Part shown: positions 1-9,487 of the stretch, piece after piece
Position numbering within the stretch: the stretch's first letter is position 1
How the letters are laid out: each line of letters starts with the position of its first letter
From: Nitrospirota bacterium
Lineage (GTDB): Bacteria > Nitrospirota > UBA9217
Direction: 5' to 3'
Length of the DNA: 64,000 bases
NCBI GenBank assembly: GCA_029858565.1
Contig: JAOUEV010000005.1
Coordinates: forward strand, 1-64,000
Notes under the pieces: generated by a model
Seen by the model: the letters and a program-made list of their open reading frames with translations, nothing else
The model's database searches: none
What the model was told of the DNA's origin: nothing
Made by a program: the position numbers and the translations under genes

Positions 1-87
1 CAAATCAGAACCATATTTGATCAAAGAGAACCGATCATAAGGCTGATGATTCTAGAAATTGGTTCAAACAGTCGTCGGATCAGATTG

Positions 88-108
88 CTAAGTCCGACAG
101 GCTCCTAG
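88..108. mobile_element. Probable IS/MITE terminal inverted repeat (CTAAGTCCGACAGGCTCCTAG); the element would extend left out of the window
   Basis: Resembles IS ends with a CTAG target as I recall them. Frame 1 is open from base 1 and ends ...LSPTGS*. No transposase in the window, family not assigned. Confidence 0.4.
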
Positions 109-304
109 GGCTTGATTTTGCGGCTAAAGCTTACCAGTACCGCATGACACTACCGGAGCGGTCAGCAGGTCTTAAACGAGCATCGGGTGCGATTTCCGGG
201 GATATGGAACGTAGCGGGCAGGAACAACTACGAAAAAGTACGACAATTCTACGACAGTCAAAAGAAAAGGAGCTACGGCTTTTGCCGTAACTCCATGATT
301 TGAT

Positions 305-382
305 TGGCGTCCCCAGAGGGATTCGAACCCTCGTTATCGCCGTGAAAGGGCGGTGTCCTGGGCCGGGCTAGACGATGGGGAC
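305..382 (-). tRNA. tRNA-Glu (TTC)
   Basis: Reverse complement GTCCCCATCGTCTAG...CCCTTTCACGGCG...GGTTCGAATCCC...GACGCCA: cloverleaf, T-loop, encoded CCA. Confidence 0.97.
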
Positions 383-387
383 GTGGT

Positions 388-472
388 ATTTCGGATTGTA
401 GATTTCGGATCGCGGATTTGTTCTTATCAATTCCTGCATACAATCCGAATTCCGCAATCTGCAATCCGAAAT
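388..472. repeat. Inverted array of 7-bp repeats (ATTTCGG/AATCCGA type)
   Basis: Left arm ATTTCGGATTGTAGATTTCGGATCGCGGATT is nearly the reverse complement of right arm AATCCGAATTCCGCAATCTGCAATCCGAAAT. Confidence 0.85.
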
Positions 473-478
473 TGTAAC

Positions 479-554
479 TGGTGAGCCGGCTGGGATTCGA
501 ACCCAGGACACCCGCCTTAAAAGGGCGGTGCTCTACCAACTGAGCTACCGGCCC
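479..554 (-). tRNA. tRNA-Lys (TTT)
   Basis: Reverse complement GGGCCGGTAGCTCAGTTGGTAGAGCACCGCCCTTTTAAGGCGGG...GGTTCGAATCCC...CACCA. Confidence 0.97.
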
Positions 555-688
555 GCTTCACCTCACTGCAAGACGGTAATACTAACAGAGAACCGGTTGC
601 CCGTCAATAGAAAATCCCCGAACTCCCTGCAAAAAACGAAAATTGCCGGTGTGCAGGCACCAGCAGCTGCTTCCGTCCTGCGCGGTAC

Positions 689-2041
<1,353 letters not shown>

Positions 2042-2087
2042 ATGTTCAATTACTTCCTGCCGCCCGGCGTCTATCGCCGGCCGGCAG

Positions 2088-3665
2088 TTATATCTTGACC
2101 TGTTTTACCGAAAGCACGTTGGGGAGCTTCCGGATCTTGTCCATCACCGGCGCCGGGACCGCGCTGTCTATGCTGACCACGGACATGGCCCGCCCGCCCT
2201 GGGACTCCCTGCCGAACTGCATCCGCGCGATATTGATGCCGTTTTCGCCCATGAGCATGCCGATGCCGCCGATCACTCCCGGTTTGTCGTTATTCATGAG
2301 CACGAGCATGTCGCCATCAGGCACCGTTTCCATGGGGAAATTGTCCACCTGGATGATGCGCGGCTCTTTTTTGCTGTTCAGCGTGCCTGCTGCAGCGGTA
2401 TCCTTCCCGCCAGCCTTGATCCGCAGCGTGACGAGGCTCGTATACTCCGTCGTGTCGCGGGACGTGGAAACCTTCACTTCGATGCCCCGGTCCTTGGCGA
2501 TGAGCGGAGCATTCACATAGTTGACGTTCTCCTGGATCACCGGCGTGAGCAGTCCCTTGAGCGCCGCCAGGGTGATCGGCTCCTGCTTGAGCCCCGCCAC
2601 CTCGCCGCTGTATTCCACCACGACCTGCGTCAGGCCGCCCTCGGCCAACTGGCCGAGGAAGAGCCCCATACGCTCCGCCAGATTGATGTACGGCGAGAGC
2701 GTCGGAAGCTGGTCCGCAGGCACCGATGGGACGTTCACGGCGTTCCGCACGGTACCGGCGATGAGATAGTCCACGATCTGCTCGGCCACGGCCGTAGCCA
2801 CGTTCTCCTGGGCTTCACGCGTGGATGCGCCGAGGTGCGGCGTGGCGATGAAGTTCTCCAGCGTCAGGAGCGGGTGGTTCTCCGGCGGCTCCTTCTCGAA
2901 CACATCGAATGCCGCGGCGGCCACCTTGCCGCTCTTCAGGGCCTCGAAGAGGTCGCCTTCGTTCACGATCCCGCCGCGGGCGCAATTGATGATGCGCACG
3001 TTGTTCTTCATCTTGGCGATCGTGTCCTTGTTGATAAGGTTCGCGGTCTCCTTGGTCTTGGGCGTGTGCAGGGTGATAAAATCCGCGCGCTTCCAGATCG
3101 TCTCAAGATCAGCCAGCTCGATGCCCAGGGATTTCGCCTTCTCAGCTGAAATAAAAGGATCGAACGCCAGGATCTTCATGCCCATGGCTGCACAGCGGTT
3201 CGCGACCACGCCGCCGATGGCGCCGAGTCCCACGATGCCCAGGGTCTTGTCATAGAGCTCCACGCCCTCGAACTTCTTTTTCTCCCACTTGCCCGCTTTG
3301 AGCGAGGAGTAGGCCTGCGGGATCATGCGCGCGCAGGCGAAGATCATGCCGATGGTATGTTCGGCCGTCGTGACCGTGTTGCCGCCCGGGGTGTTCATCA
3401 CCACCACGCCCTTTTTGGTCGCCGCGGGAATCTCCACATTGTCCAGGCCGCTGCCGGCCCGGCCGATGACCTTGAGCTTCGCTGCCTTCTCCAGGAGCGC
3501 GGCGGTCACTTTCGTTGCCGAACGGATGATCAGTGCGTCATACTCACCGATCATCTTCTCGATCTCTTCCGCGCTCGTTTTGCTCCGGAACTCGACCTCG
3601 AGTCCGGCCTTTTTCAATATCTCGACCCCGTTGGCCGAGAGGTTATCGCTGATCAGCACCTTCAT
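2088..3665 (-). CDS. serA: D-3-phosphoglycerate dehydrogenase (long form with ASB/ACT domains)
   Basis: GRAGSGLDN, GLGAIG, INCARGG, TPHLGAST; C-terminal ACT DKPGVIG. Confidence 0.97.
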   Translation of the reverse strand: MKVLISDNLSANGVEILKKAGLEVEFRSKTSAEEIEKMIGEYDALIIRSATKVTAALLEKAAKLKVIGRAGSGLDNVEIPAATKKGVVVMNTPGGNTVTTAEHTIGMIFACARMIPQAYSSLKAGKWEKKKFEGVELYDKTLGIVGLGAIGGVVANRCAAMGMKILAFDPFISAEKAKSLGIELADLETIWKRADFITLHTPKTKETANLINKDTIAKMKNNVRIINCARGGIVNEGDLFEALKSGKVAAAAFDVFEKEPPENHPLLTLENFIATPHLGASTREAQENVATAVAEQIVDYLIAGTVRNAVNVPSVPADQLPTLSPYINLAERMGLFLGQLAEGGLTQVVVEYSGEVAGLKQEPITLAALKGLLTPVIQENVNYVNAPLIAKDRGIEVKVSTSRDTTEYTSLVTLRIKAGGKDTAAAGTLNSKKEPRIIQVDNFPMETVPDGDMLVLMNNDKPGVIGGIGMLMGENGINIARMQFGRESQGGRAMSVVSIDSAVPAPVMDKIRKLPNVLSVKQVKI

Positions 3666-3687
3666 AGTTTCTCCTTAAAGGATGAGC

Positions 3688-3777
3688 AACCACAGATGAA
3701 CACTGATGAGATCAACTGCTAGGCCAAAGAATCCTAAAGGATCGGATTCTCGCCGTCATCTGCGTTAATCTCTGGTT
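3688..3777. repeat. Inverted array of 10-bp repeats (CACAGATGAA type)
   Basis: AACCACAGATGAACACTGATGA ... TCATCTGCGTTAATCTCTGGTT. Confidence 0.75.
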
Positions 3778-3786
3778 AAAAATTTA

Positions 3787-4923
3787 TTATTTCATCAAGA
3801 TCTCTTGCGCTGCCGCCACACCCGTTCCGAGCTTCACCGGATGGCCCAGTCCCTTGAGAACCATCTCGATACCCGCGACCGCGATGATCACATCAAAGGT
3901 GTCCGCGTATCCCAGGTGCGCAATACGGAAGACCTTGCCCTTAAGCTTGTCCTGGCCGCCCGCGCCGGTGATGCCGTACTTGACCCGCAGGTCCTTGTAG
4001 ATGGCCTGGCCGTCCACGCCCGCAGGAGCCTCGATGGCCGTGAGCGCGTTGCTCGGATTCTCCTTCGGGAAGATCTTGAGGTCCAGGGCCTTGACCGCCG
4101 CGCGGGTCGCCCTCGCCAGCCGGTCGTGCCGTGCGAACACCTTGTCAAGCCCCTCGGCCTGGAGCATCTTGATGCACTCGTTCAGCCCAATGATGAGCGT
4201 CACCGCGGAAGTGAAGTTCGTCTGGTTCTTGGCCAGGTTCTCGCGCTCTTTCTTGAAGTTAAAGTAGAACTTGGGCATCTTGGAACTTTCGTTCATTTTC
4301 CAGGCTTTGTCCGAGACCGAAACAAATGCGAGCCCGGGCGGAAGCATGACACCCTTCTGGGAGCCGCCGATCATGATGTCGATGCCCCACTCGTCGGTCC
4401 GGATATCATGCGCCACCAGCGCGCTGATGGCATCGACAACGAAGAGCGCATCGGTCTTTTTGACCACTGCGGCGAGCGCCTTCACGTCATGATACACGCC
4501 CGTAGACGTCTCGTTGGCCTGGACGAACACAGCCTTGATCTTCGGGTTCTTCTTGAGCGCCGCCTCGACAGTTTCCGGCTTCACGGCGTAGCCCCACTCC
4601 ACGGAGATCTCCTCGACCTTGACGCCGTAGGCCTGGCAGATCTTGGTCCATCGCTCGCCGAACTTTCCGCCGTTCACAACGATCACTTCGTCGCCGGGAT
4701 TCAGGAAGTTATTGACGGCGCCCACCATGCCGCCCGTACCGGTGGAGCAAAGGATCAGCACGTCATTCTTGGTCTGGTAAAGCCATTGCAGCCCCTTCTT
4801 CGCCGCGTCGAGCACCGGAACGAAATCCGGCGCACGGTGATGGATGATCGGCATGGCCATGGCCAGAAGCGCCTCTGGCGGAACTGGCGTGGGACCGGGG
4901 GCCAAGAGATATTTTTTCTGCAT
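3787..4923 (-). CDS. Class V PLP aminotransferase (serine-pyruvate/alanine-glyoxylate family; probably acts as phosphoserine aminotransferase here)
   Basis: PGPTP, ETSTGV, VDAIS, GSQK (PLP lysine), RIAHLG; directly upstream of serA. Confidence 0.92.
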   Translation of the reverse strand: MQKKYLLAPGPTPVPPEALLAMAMPIIHHRAPDFVPVLDAAKKGLQWLYQTKNDVLILCSTGTGGMVGAVNNFLNPGDEVIVVNGGKFGERWTKICQAYGVKVEEISVEWGYAVKPETVEAALKKNPKIKAVFVQANETSTGVYHDVKALAAVVKKTDALFVVDAISALVAHDIRTDEWGIDIMIGGSQKGVMLPPGLAFVSVSDKAWKMNESSKMPKFYFNFKKERENLAKNQTNFTSAVTLIIGLNECIKMLQAEGLDKVFARHDRLARATRAAVKALDLKIFPKENPSNALTAIEAPAGVDGQAIYKDLRVKYGITGAGGQDKLKGKVFRIAHLGYADTFDVIIAVAGIEMVLKGLGHPVKLGTGVAAAQEILMK

Positions 4924-5337
4924 GGAAGTATCCTCCAGTTTCTGGGAACGTGGTTAATTTGGTTTATGTGATTGAACCGTTACGGTTTTTTGACGAAGAA
5001 AGATTATAGTCCCGCGGGGGCGGGACCTATGCCCGGGGTCGGCATGTCGCTGGGATATGTGGGGTGCCGCAACTGCTGCATGGTGATAGGGCCTCTCCGC
5101 GTTCGTGCGTTTCTGCGCATAAAGCTCCGAACTGTACCATGGTAAAGCGAAAATTGTCAAGAAAATAATCATGTTCTCCCATGCCGATGCGGGGGGATAG
5201 CGATCCCGTCGTGGACTTCCGGACACCTGCTCGGCCGGTGCCCCGGTGGCAACTCTCCTTAACATGATGAAACTTGTATTGCAAGACAAGGTGCGTTAAG
5301 ATGCGGTCGTATAAGGTGATACTATAAGCACACGAGT

Positions 5338-6366
5338 ATGGAAAGAAGACCCAAGAACATATCAATAAGTCGGTCGCTGATCATCATCCTGGTGACCTGC
5401 GCTTTTGCACTGGGCATATTCATCGGCAGAGGATCGTGGCTCTTCGGTACGGGGGAATCCCGCGTCGACGGTCCTTTTCAGTTCTCCTCTGAGGATTTCC
5501 GCTATATCCGCCAGTCCCTGCAGCAGGAGTCAACACCGGAGGGGAAGAAAAAACGGGAACTGAAGCCGTTCCGCTACAAGGTTAATGCGCTCATCGAGCA
5601 AAAAGTGGCAGAGGAGTCGGCCAGCTCGATCTCTGTATATTTTCGCGACCTGGACAACGGGAACCGCTTCGGTATCAGAGAGCAGGACCTGTTCTCTCCC
5701 GAGAACCAGCTTAAGCTGCCGTTGCTGATCGCCTATTTCAAGTGGGCCGAGGCAACTCCGCTGGTTCTCAGGAAGAAACTGACCTTCACGGCGCCGGAGC
5801 GGTCAAAATACCGGTTCCTGACCCCGCCGAGCACCATCCAGCAGGGCACCGCATACAGCGTGAACGACCTCCTCTTCAGGATGATCGCCTACGGGGACAA
5901 TGACGCCTATTCCCTGCTCGCTGCGAATCTCCCGCCAAAACGGCTCCAGACCATCAACAAGGACCTCTACGTCAATTACGACCCCTCCAAGAAGGAGGAT
6001 TTCCTCTCGCTCAGCTCCTACGCGTCATTCTTCCGGGTCCTGTTCAACGCGTCCTATCTTTCCGAGGAAATGTCGGAGAAGGCCCTTCGCTATCTAACCC
6101 GCTCATCGTTCAAGAAGGGAATGGCATCGGCCGTTCCTCCGGAGATCGAAGTGGCGAACAAGGCTGGCGAGCGGACCATCGGTAGCGCATCGGGACAGGA
6201 GATCATGCAGCTTCATGAGTTCGGCATCATCTATCACCCGCGCAGACCGTTCCTGCTCGGGATCACTGCGCGGGGAGCGGACTACGATCAGCTCGTAACG
6301 GTCATTCGCGATATTACACGCCTGATCTATGAGGAAGTGGAGACGCAAACGGGCGAGGAATTGTAG
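5338..6366 (+). CDS. Membrane-anchored class A beta-lactamase-like protein, catalytic Ser absent
   Basis: N-terminal TM helix; SVYFRDL, ENQLKLP (SxxK position), GDN (SDN position), KAG (KTG position), HEFGIIY. Confidence 0.8.
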   Translation: MERRPKNISISRSLIIILVTCAFALGIFIGRGSWLFGTGESRVDGPFQFSSEDFRYIRQSLQQESTPEGKKKRELKPFRYKVNALIEQKVAEESASSISVYFRDLDNGNRFGIREQDLFSPENQLKLPLLIAYFKWAEATPLVLRKKLTFTAPERSKYRFLTPPSTIQQGTAYSVNDLLFRMIAYGDNDAYSLLAANLPPKRLQTINKDLYVNYDPSKKEDFLSLSSYASFFRVLFNASYLSEEMSEKALRYLTRSSFKKGMASAVPPEIEVANKAGERTIGSASGQEIMQLHEFGIIYHPRRPFLLGITARGADYDQLVTVIRDITRLIYEEVETQTGEEL

Positions 6367-6416
6367 CGGGACCATTCACGTGCCGGACAGGTTATGCGCG
6401 TCGGAATCCCGCCGCT

Positions 6417-6797
6417 TTAGGGAGTGATACGGAGTGCTACTGAAAGCGATACGACCGGTGCCGTCGAATCATTGGAGTGAATGGCGACATGTTTGGTCAG
6501 ATTGCCGGAACGGCCGCTCGTATCCACGGTCACTTTTACCTGCGCTGTAGCACCCGGCGCAATCCGCTCGGAGCTGACCAGCCCCGCAGTGCACCCTCAG
6601 GAGGCGCTGACCTTCCGGATCACCAGCTCGCCGGTACCGTCGTTTCTGATCAGGAAGAGGTGCTCCAGCTTATCCCCGGCCTTTACCGCCCCAAAATCAT
6701 AGCGCACTTCCGGCACGTAGATACGCGGGCCGGACGGCGCTCCGGCCCAGAGTACGGCAGGAACCAATACCATCAAAAGCAATACCCATCGCCTCAT
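6417..6797 (-). CDS. DUF1573 Ig-like secreted protein with in-frame UGA (probable selenocysteine)
   Basis: Signal peptide, YDFGAV...FLIRNDGTGELVIRKVSAS-UGA-GCTAG...IAPGATAQVKVTVDT...HSND...*; the frame stays open for 59 more codons to TAA at 6417-6419. Confidence 0.88.
6569..6586 (-). promoter_or_regulatory. Candidate bacterial SECIS hairpin
   Basis: CGGGGCU-GGUC-AGCUCCG starting 10 nt after the UGA; GU-containing apical loop similar to the E. coli fdhF SECIS. Confidence 0.72.
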
Positions 6798-6897
6798 AAA
6801 CAGCGGCCTCCGAAAGATATTTACCCCGTTCCGCTGCGTCCTGCAGGGGAAACGTCGGCGTTGCCGATCGAGAAGCACGGCGCGCTCCCGGCCTATA

Positions 6898-7602
6898 TCA
6901 GATGCCCATCTTCTTCTGTTCAATGACCCGGGCGAGCTCGTTGCGCAGGATAAGACCTTTTTCGATAAGAATGGCGGAGAGAGCTTCGATGACGATCCTT
7001 TGTGTCTTTACATCATTCCGGAGTTTTTCGAGGTCCTGCAGTTGCTGTGCCTGCTGCTGCTGCTGGTTCCATTCGGCCGTGGCAAAGTCGGGGATCTCGC
7101 GAACAAGCTCCATTTTACCCGAGGTCTTGGTGGTCTCGCGGAACGACGGCACGTCCTTGCGTGTCACCGGCTCGTTATCGTAATACTTCCTGATCGCGTC
7201 CTTGATCTCCGATGCCATGGAAAGGACCGGTTTGATGGTCATCCCGGTATTAAAGCGGATATTATCCATGGTGTCGATATCCATGGGATCGGACATGGCA
7301 AGCGTCAACGACTTCCCGTCCTTTTTCACCGGCATGACGCCGAATTTCTTGGCGATCTCCGGTTTAAGGAGATTGACCGTATCCGCGGGGATCTCCGGAT
7401 CGAAGAGGTTCACATAGGGGATATGCAGTTTCTCGGCGATGACCCGGGCGATATCCTCTTCCCGAGCGAACTCGAGCTCCACGATGATCGATCCCAGCTT
7501 GCCGCCCCAGTTCCGCTGATGGGAAAGCGCCGCCTCAAGCTGAAAATCGTCTATCAGGCCGGCTTCCTTCATCAGGTCGCCCAATTTTTTTCGTTCTGCC
7601 AT
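6898..7602 (-). CDS. Stand-alone MshEN/GspE-N-terminal domain protein (putative c-di-GMP receptor)
   Basis: KLGDLMKEAGLIDDFQLEAALSHQ...KLGSIIVEL tandem MshEN motif, LAMSDP; no ATPase domain. Confidence 0.85.
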   Translation of the reverse strand: MAERKKLGDLMKEAGLIDDFQLEAALSHQRNWGGKLGSIIVELEFAREEDIARVIAEKLHIPYVNLFDPEIPADTVNLLKPEIAKKFGVMPVKKDGKSLTLAMSDPMDIDTMDNIRFNTGMTIKPVLSMASEIKDAIRKYYDNEPVTRKDVPSFRETTKTSGKMELVREIPDFATAEWNQQQQQAQQLQDLEKLRNDVKTQRIVIEALSAILIEKGLILRNELARVIEQKKMGI

Positions 7603-7711
7603 GGTTTCCCTTTTCCTCCAAGGCTGTTCCCGCCGCTCAACTTGCTGAATTATATGCTACAGAGTCTCCTGATGTCAAATATTTTCCGACAGTTGCAGCA
7701 CGTCTGGTTCC

Positions 7712-8497
7712 CTAGGGCATCGATCGTTCAGGCAGCGCCTGTACTGTCCTATTCCCCGCCAGGGCGAGATGGCGCCATGCTACATTTCCCAGGGATGCCA
7801 TGAGGCTTGCTTTGATCCCCGGATGCTCCCGCTCCCATATATCAAGTTGTTTCTTGATGGCCACCCGCTTCTGGTCAGGATCACCGCAGGAAGGACAGGC
7901 GCAACAGGTCACGGGAAATCCGGCGGCCGAGACAAAGGCGACAATGGTAGATTCAGGCACGTACATCAGCGGCCTGATCACGATATTCCGCCCGTCATCT
8001 GAACGCAGGAGCGGGGCCATGGCCTTGATCGTTCCGTTAAAGAGCTGGTTCAGCAGGAGGGTCTCGATGAAATCGTCACGGTGATGGCCAAGAGCTATTT
8101 TTGTGCATCCCAGCGACACGGCACGGGTATAGAGCACCCCCCGTCGAAGACGCGAGCAGAGAGCACAGGGTGTTTCTTCCGGGGTCAGCTTTTCAAGCAG
8201 CAGTTCGTGGATCGGCGCATGGACCTCTTGCCAGGAATAGCCATACTGTTTTGTGTACGCCTCGATAAGGCTGGTCTGGAACCCGGGAAAACCGGGATGG
8301 ACCGTAACGGCTACCAGGTCGAAGCGTATAGGCGCCCGCCGCCGGAGCAGCTCGAGAATATGCAGGAGCGTCCAGCTGTCCTTGCCCCCGGAGAGCGCGA
8401 CCAGGACCCGGTCTCCGTCCTCGATCATGCTGAAATCGCCGATGGCCTTGCCTGTGAGCGATCGCAGATGATGCTCCTGACGTTCAAGTTCCTTCAT
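7712..8497 (-). CDS. ttcA: tRNA 2-thiocytidine biosynthesis protein
   Basis: SGGKDS PP-loop, CALCSRLRRG, GHHRDD, IRPL. Confidence 0.93.
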   Translation of the reverse strand: MKELERQEHHLRSLTGKAIGDFSMIEDGDRVLVALSGGKDSWTLLHILELLRRRAPIRFDLVAVTVHPGFPGFQTSLIEAYTKQYGYSWQEVHAPIHELLLEKLTPEETPCALCSRLRRGVLYTRAVSLGCTKIALGHHRDDFIETLLLNQLFNGTIKAMAPLLRSDDGRNIVIRPLMYVPESTIVAFVSAAGFPVTCCACPSCGDPDQKRVAIKKQLDIWEREHPGIKASLMASLGNVAWRHLALAGNRTVQALPERSMP

Positions 8498-8566
8498 AAA
8501 GCAATTTAAGTCGCGCCGCCGGCTGTTGTCAAGCCCCTATCAAGAAGATGGTCCCCCCCTGAACAG

Positions 8567-8596
8567 AAAAGCCTCCGGCTGATACCGGAGGCTTTT
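8567..8596. terminator. Intrinsic terminator (bidirectional shape)
   Basis: AAAAGCCTCCGG-CTGATA-CCGGAGGCTTTT. Confidence 0.8.
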
Positions 8597-8618
8597 AAAG
8601 AACACGCTTTTCCGTTGT

Positions 8619-8975
8619 TTACCGTCTTTTCTTCGCTGCTTTCCTGGCTGATTTTTTCTTTGCTGTTTTTTTAGCGGGCTTCTTCTTTGTTTTTTTCGCT
8701 GTTTTCTTTACAGCTTTTTTCGCAGCCTTTTTCTTTGCCGGTTTCTTCTTCGCTTTCTTTACGGACTTCTTCGCGGCCTTCTTCTTTACCGGTTTCTTTT
8801 TCGTCTTCGCCGCAGGCTTTTTGGCCGTTCCCGCGGGAGCAGCGGAAGCCCCCAGTTCAGCCGTTTCCACGCCGCAGCAGTAAATGGGCTCCTCGTACAC
8901 ATCACCCGTTCTGGTCACATCGATACGTCTTCCGCACACCTTGCACTCATACTGCACAATCCTCTCGGTATCCAT
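8619..8975 (-). CDS. Small protein: desulforedoxin-like metal-binding head plus histone H1-like Lys/Ala tail
   Basis: AAGGAGG RBS; YECKVCG...YCCG, then KKPAAKTKKKPVKKKAAKK repeats. Confidence 0.8.
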   Translation of the reverse strand: MDTERIVQYECKVCGRRIDVTRTGDVYEEPIYCCGVETAELGASAAPAGTAKKPAAKTKKKPVKKKAAKKSVKKAKKKPAKKKAAKKAVKKTAKKTKKKPAKKTAKKKSARKAAKKRR

Positions 8976-9116
8976 CCCTGTCCTCCTTAAAAGGATTAAA
9001 CAGCTTGCCACGGCAACCTGTCCGCCTCCGGACCGCGGATCGGTCGCCGACCCATTTCACCGCTACTGTAGAATCAATTGGGAAGATTGTCAAGTGCTTT
9101 CCCGCAGACCGATGCT

Positions 9117-9308
9117 TCAGGACCAGATCCGGGGCTGCTTCTTAAGCGCCTGCACCTTGGCGTTTCGCCGCATATCGGCCTGCCGGAGCGTCCATATCTG
9201 TTCCATTCCCTCGATCGCCGAGGATAACGCCTCGTCGGTACGCTTCCCATCCCATTCTTTGCTTTCCGCAAGCCGGTACAGCTCCAGGATCACTTCATCG
9301 AGCGTCAT
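9117..9308 (-). CDS. Small hypothetical helical protein
   Basis: AAGGAG RBS before MTLDEVILELYRLAESK; 63 aa. Confidence 0.5.
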   Translation of the reverse strand: MTLDEVILELYRLAESKEWDGKRTDEALSSAIEGMEQIWTLRQADMRRNAKVQALKKQPRIWS

Positions 9309-9363
9309 GCCGGACTCCTTTTGGCATCCCGGGGATATCGCCGGTGATCCCGGCGACGGACTA

Positions 9364-9393
9364 GAAAAAAAACCGGGAGCATAGGCTCCCGGT
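9364..9393 (-). terminator. Intrinsic terminator after nrdJ
   Basis: Minus strand AACCGGGAGC-CTAT-GCTCCCGG followed by a run of T. Confidence 0.85.
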
Positions 9394-9487
9394 TCAGTAC
9401 GATCATCCTTTGAGGAACAATCCTTCAAACATCCGGCTCGGCATCATGCTTCCTCCTTACAGGACCTGCCGGTTCTCCGGTCCCGGA

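Noticed and set aside
273-539. 88-aa ORF
   Set aside because: Overlaps tRNA-Lys, tRNA-Glu and the repeat between them.
4924-5337. Possible riboswitch or leader peptide before the aminotransferase-serA-purA genes
   Set aside because: A TTGACA promoter candidate exists near 5160, but I could not match a glycine, serC or purine riboswitch core and the short ORFs have no support; needs an Rfam scan.
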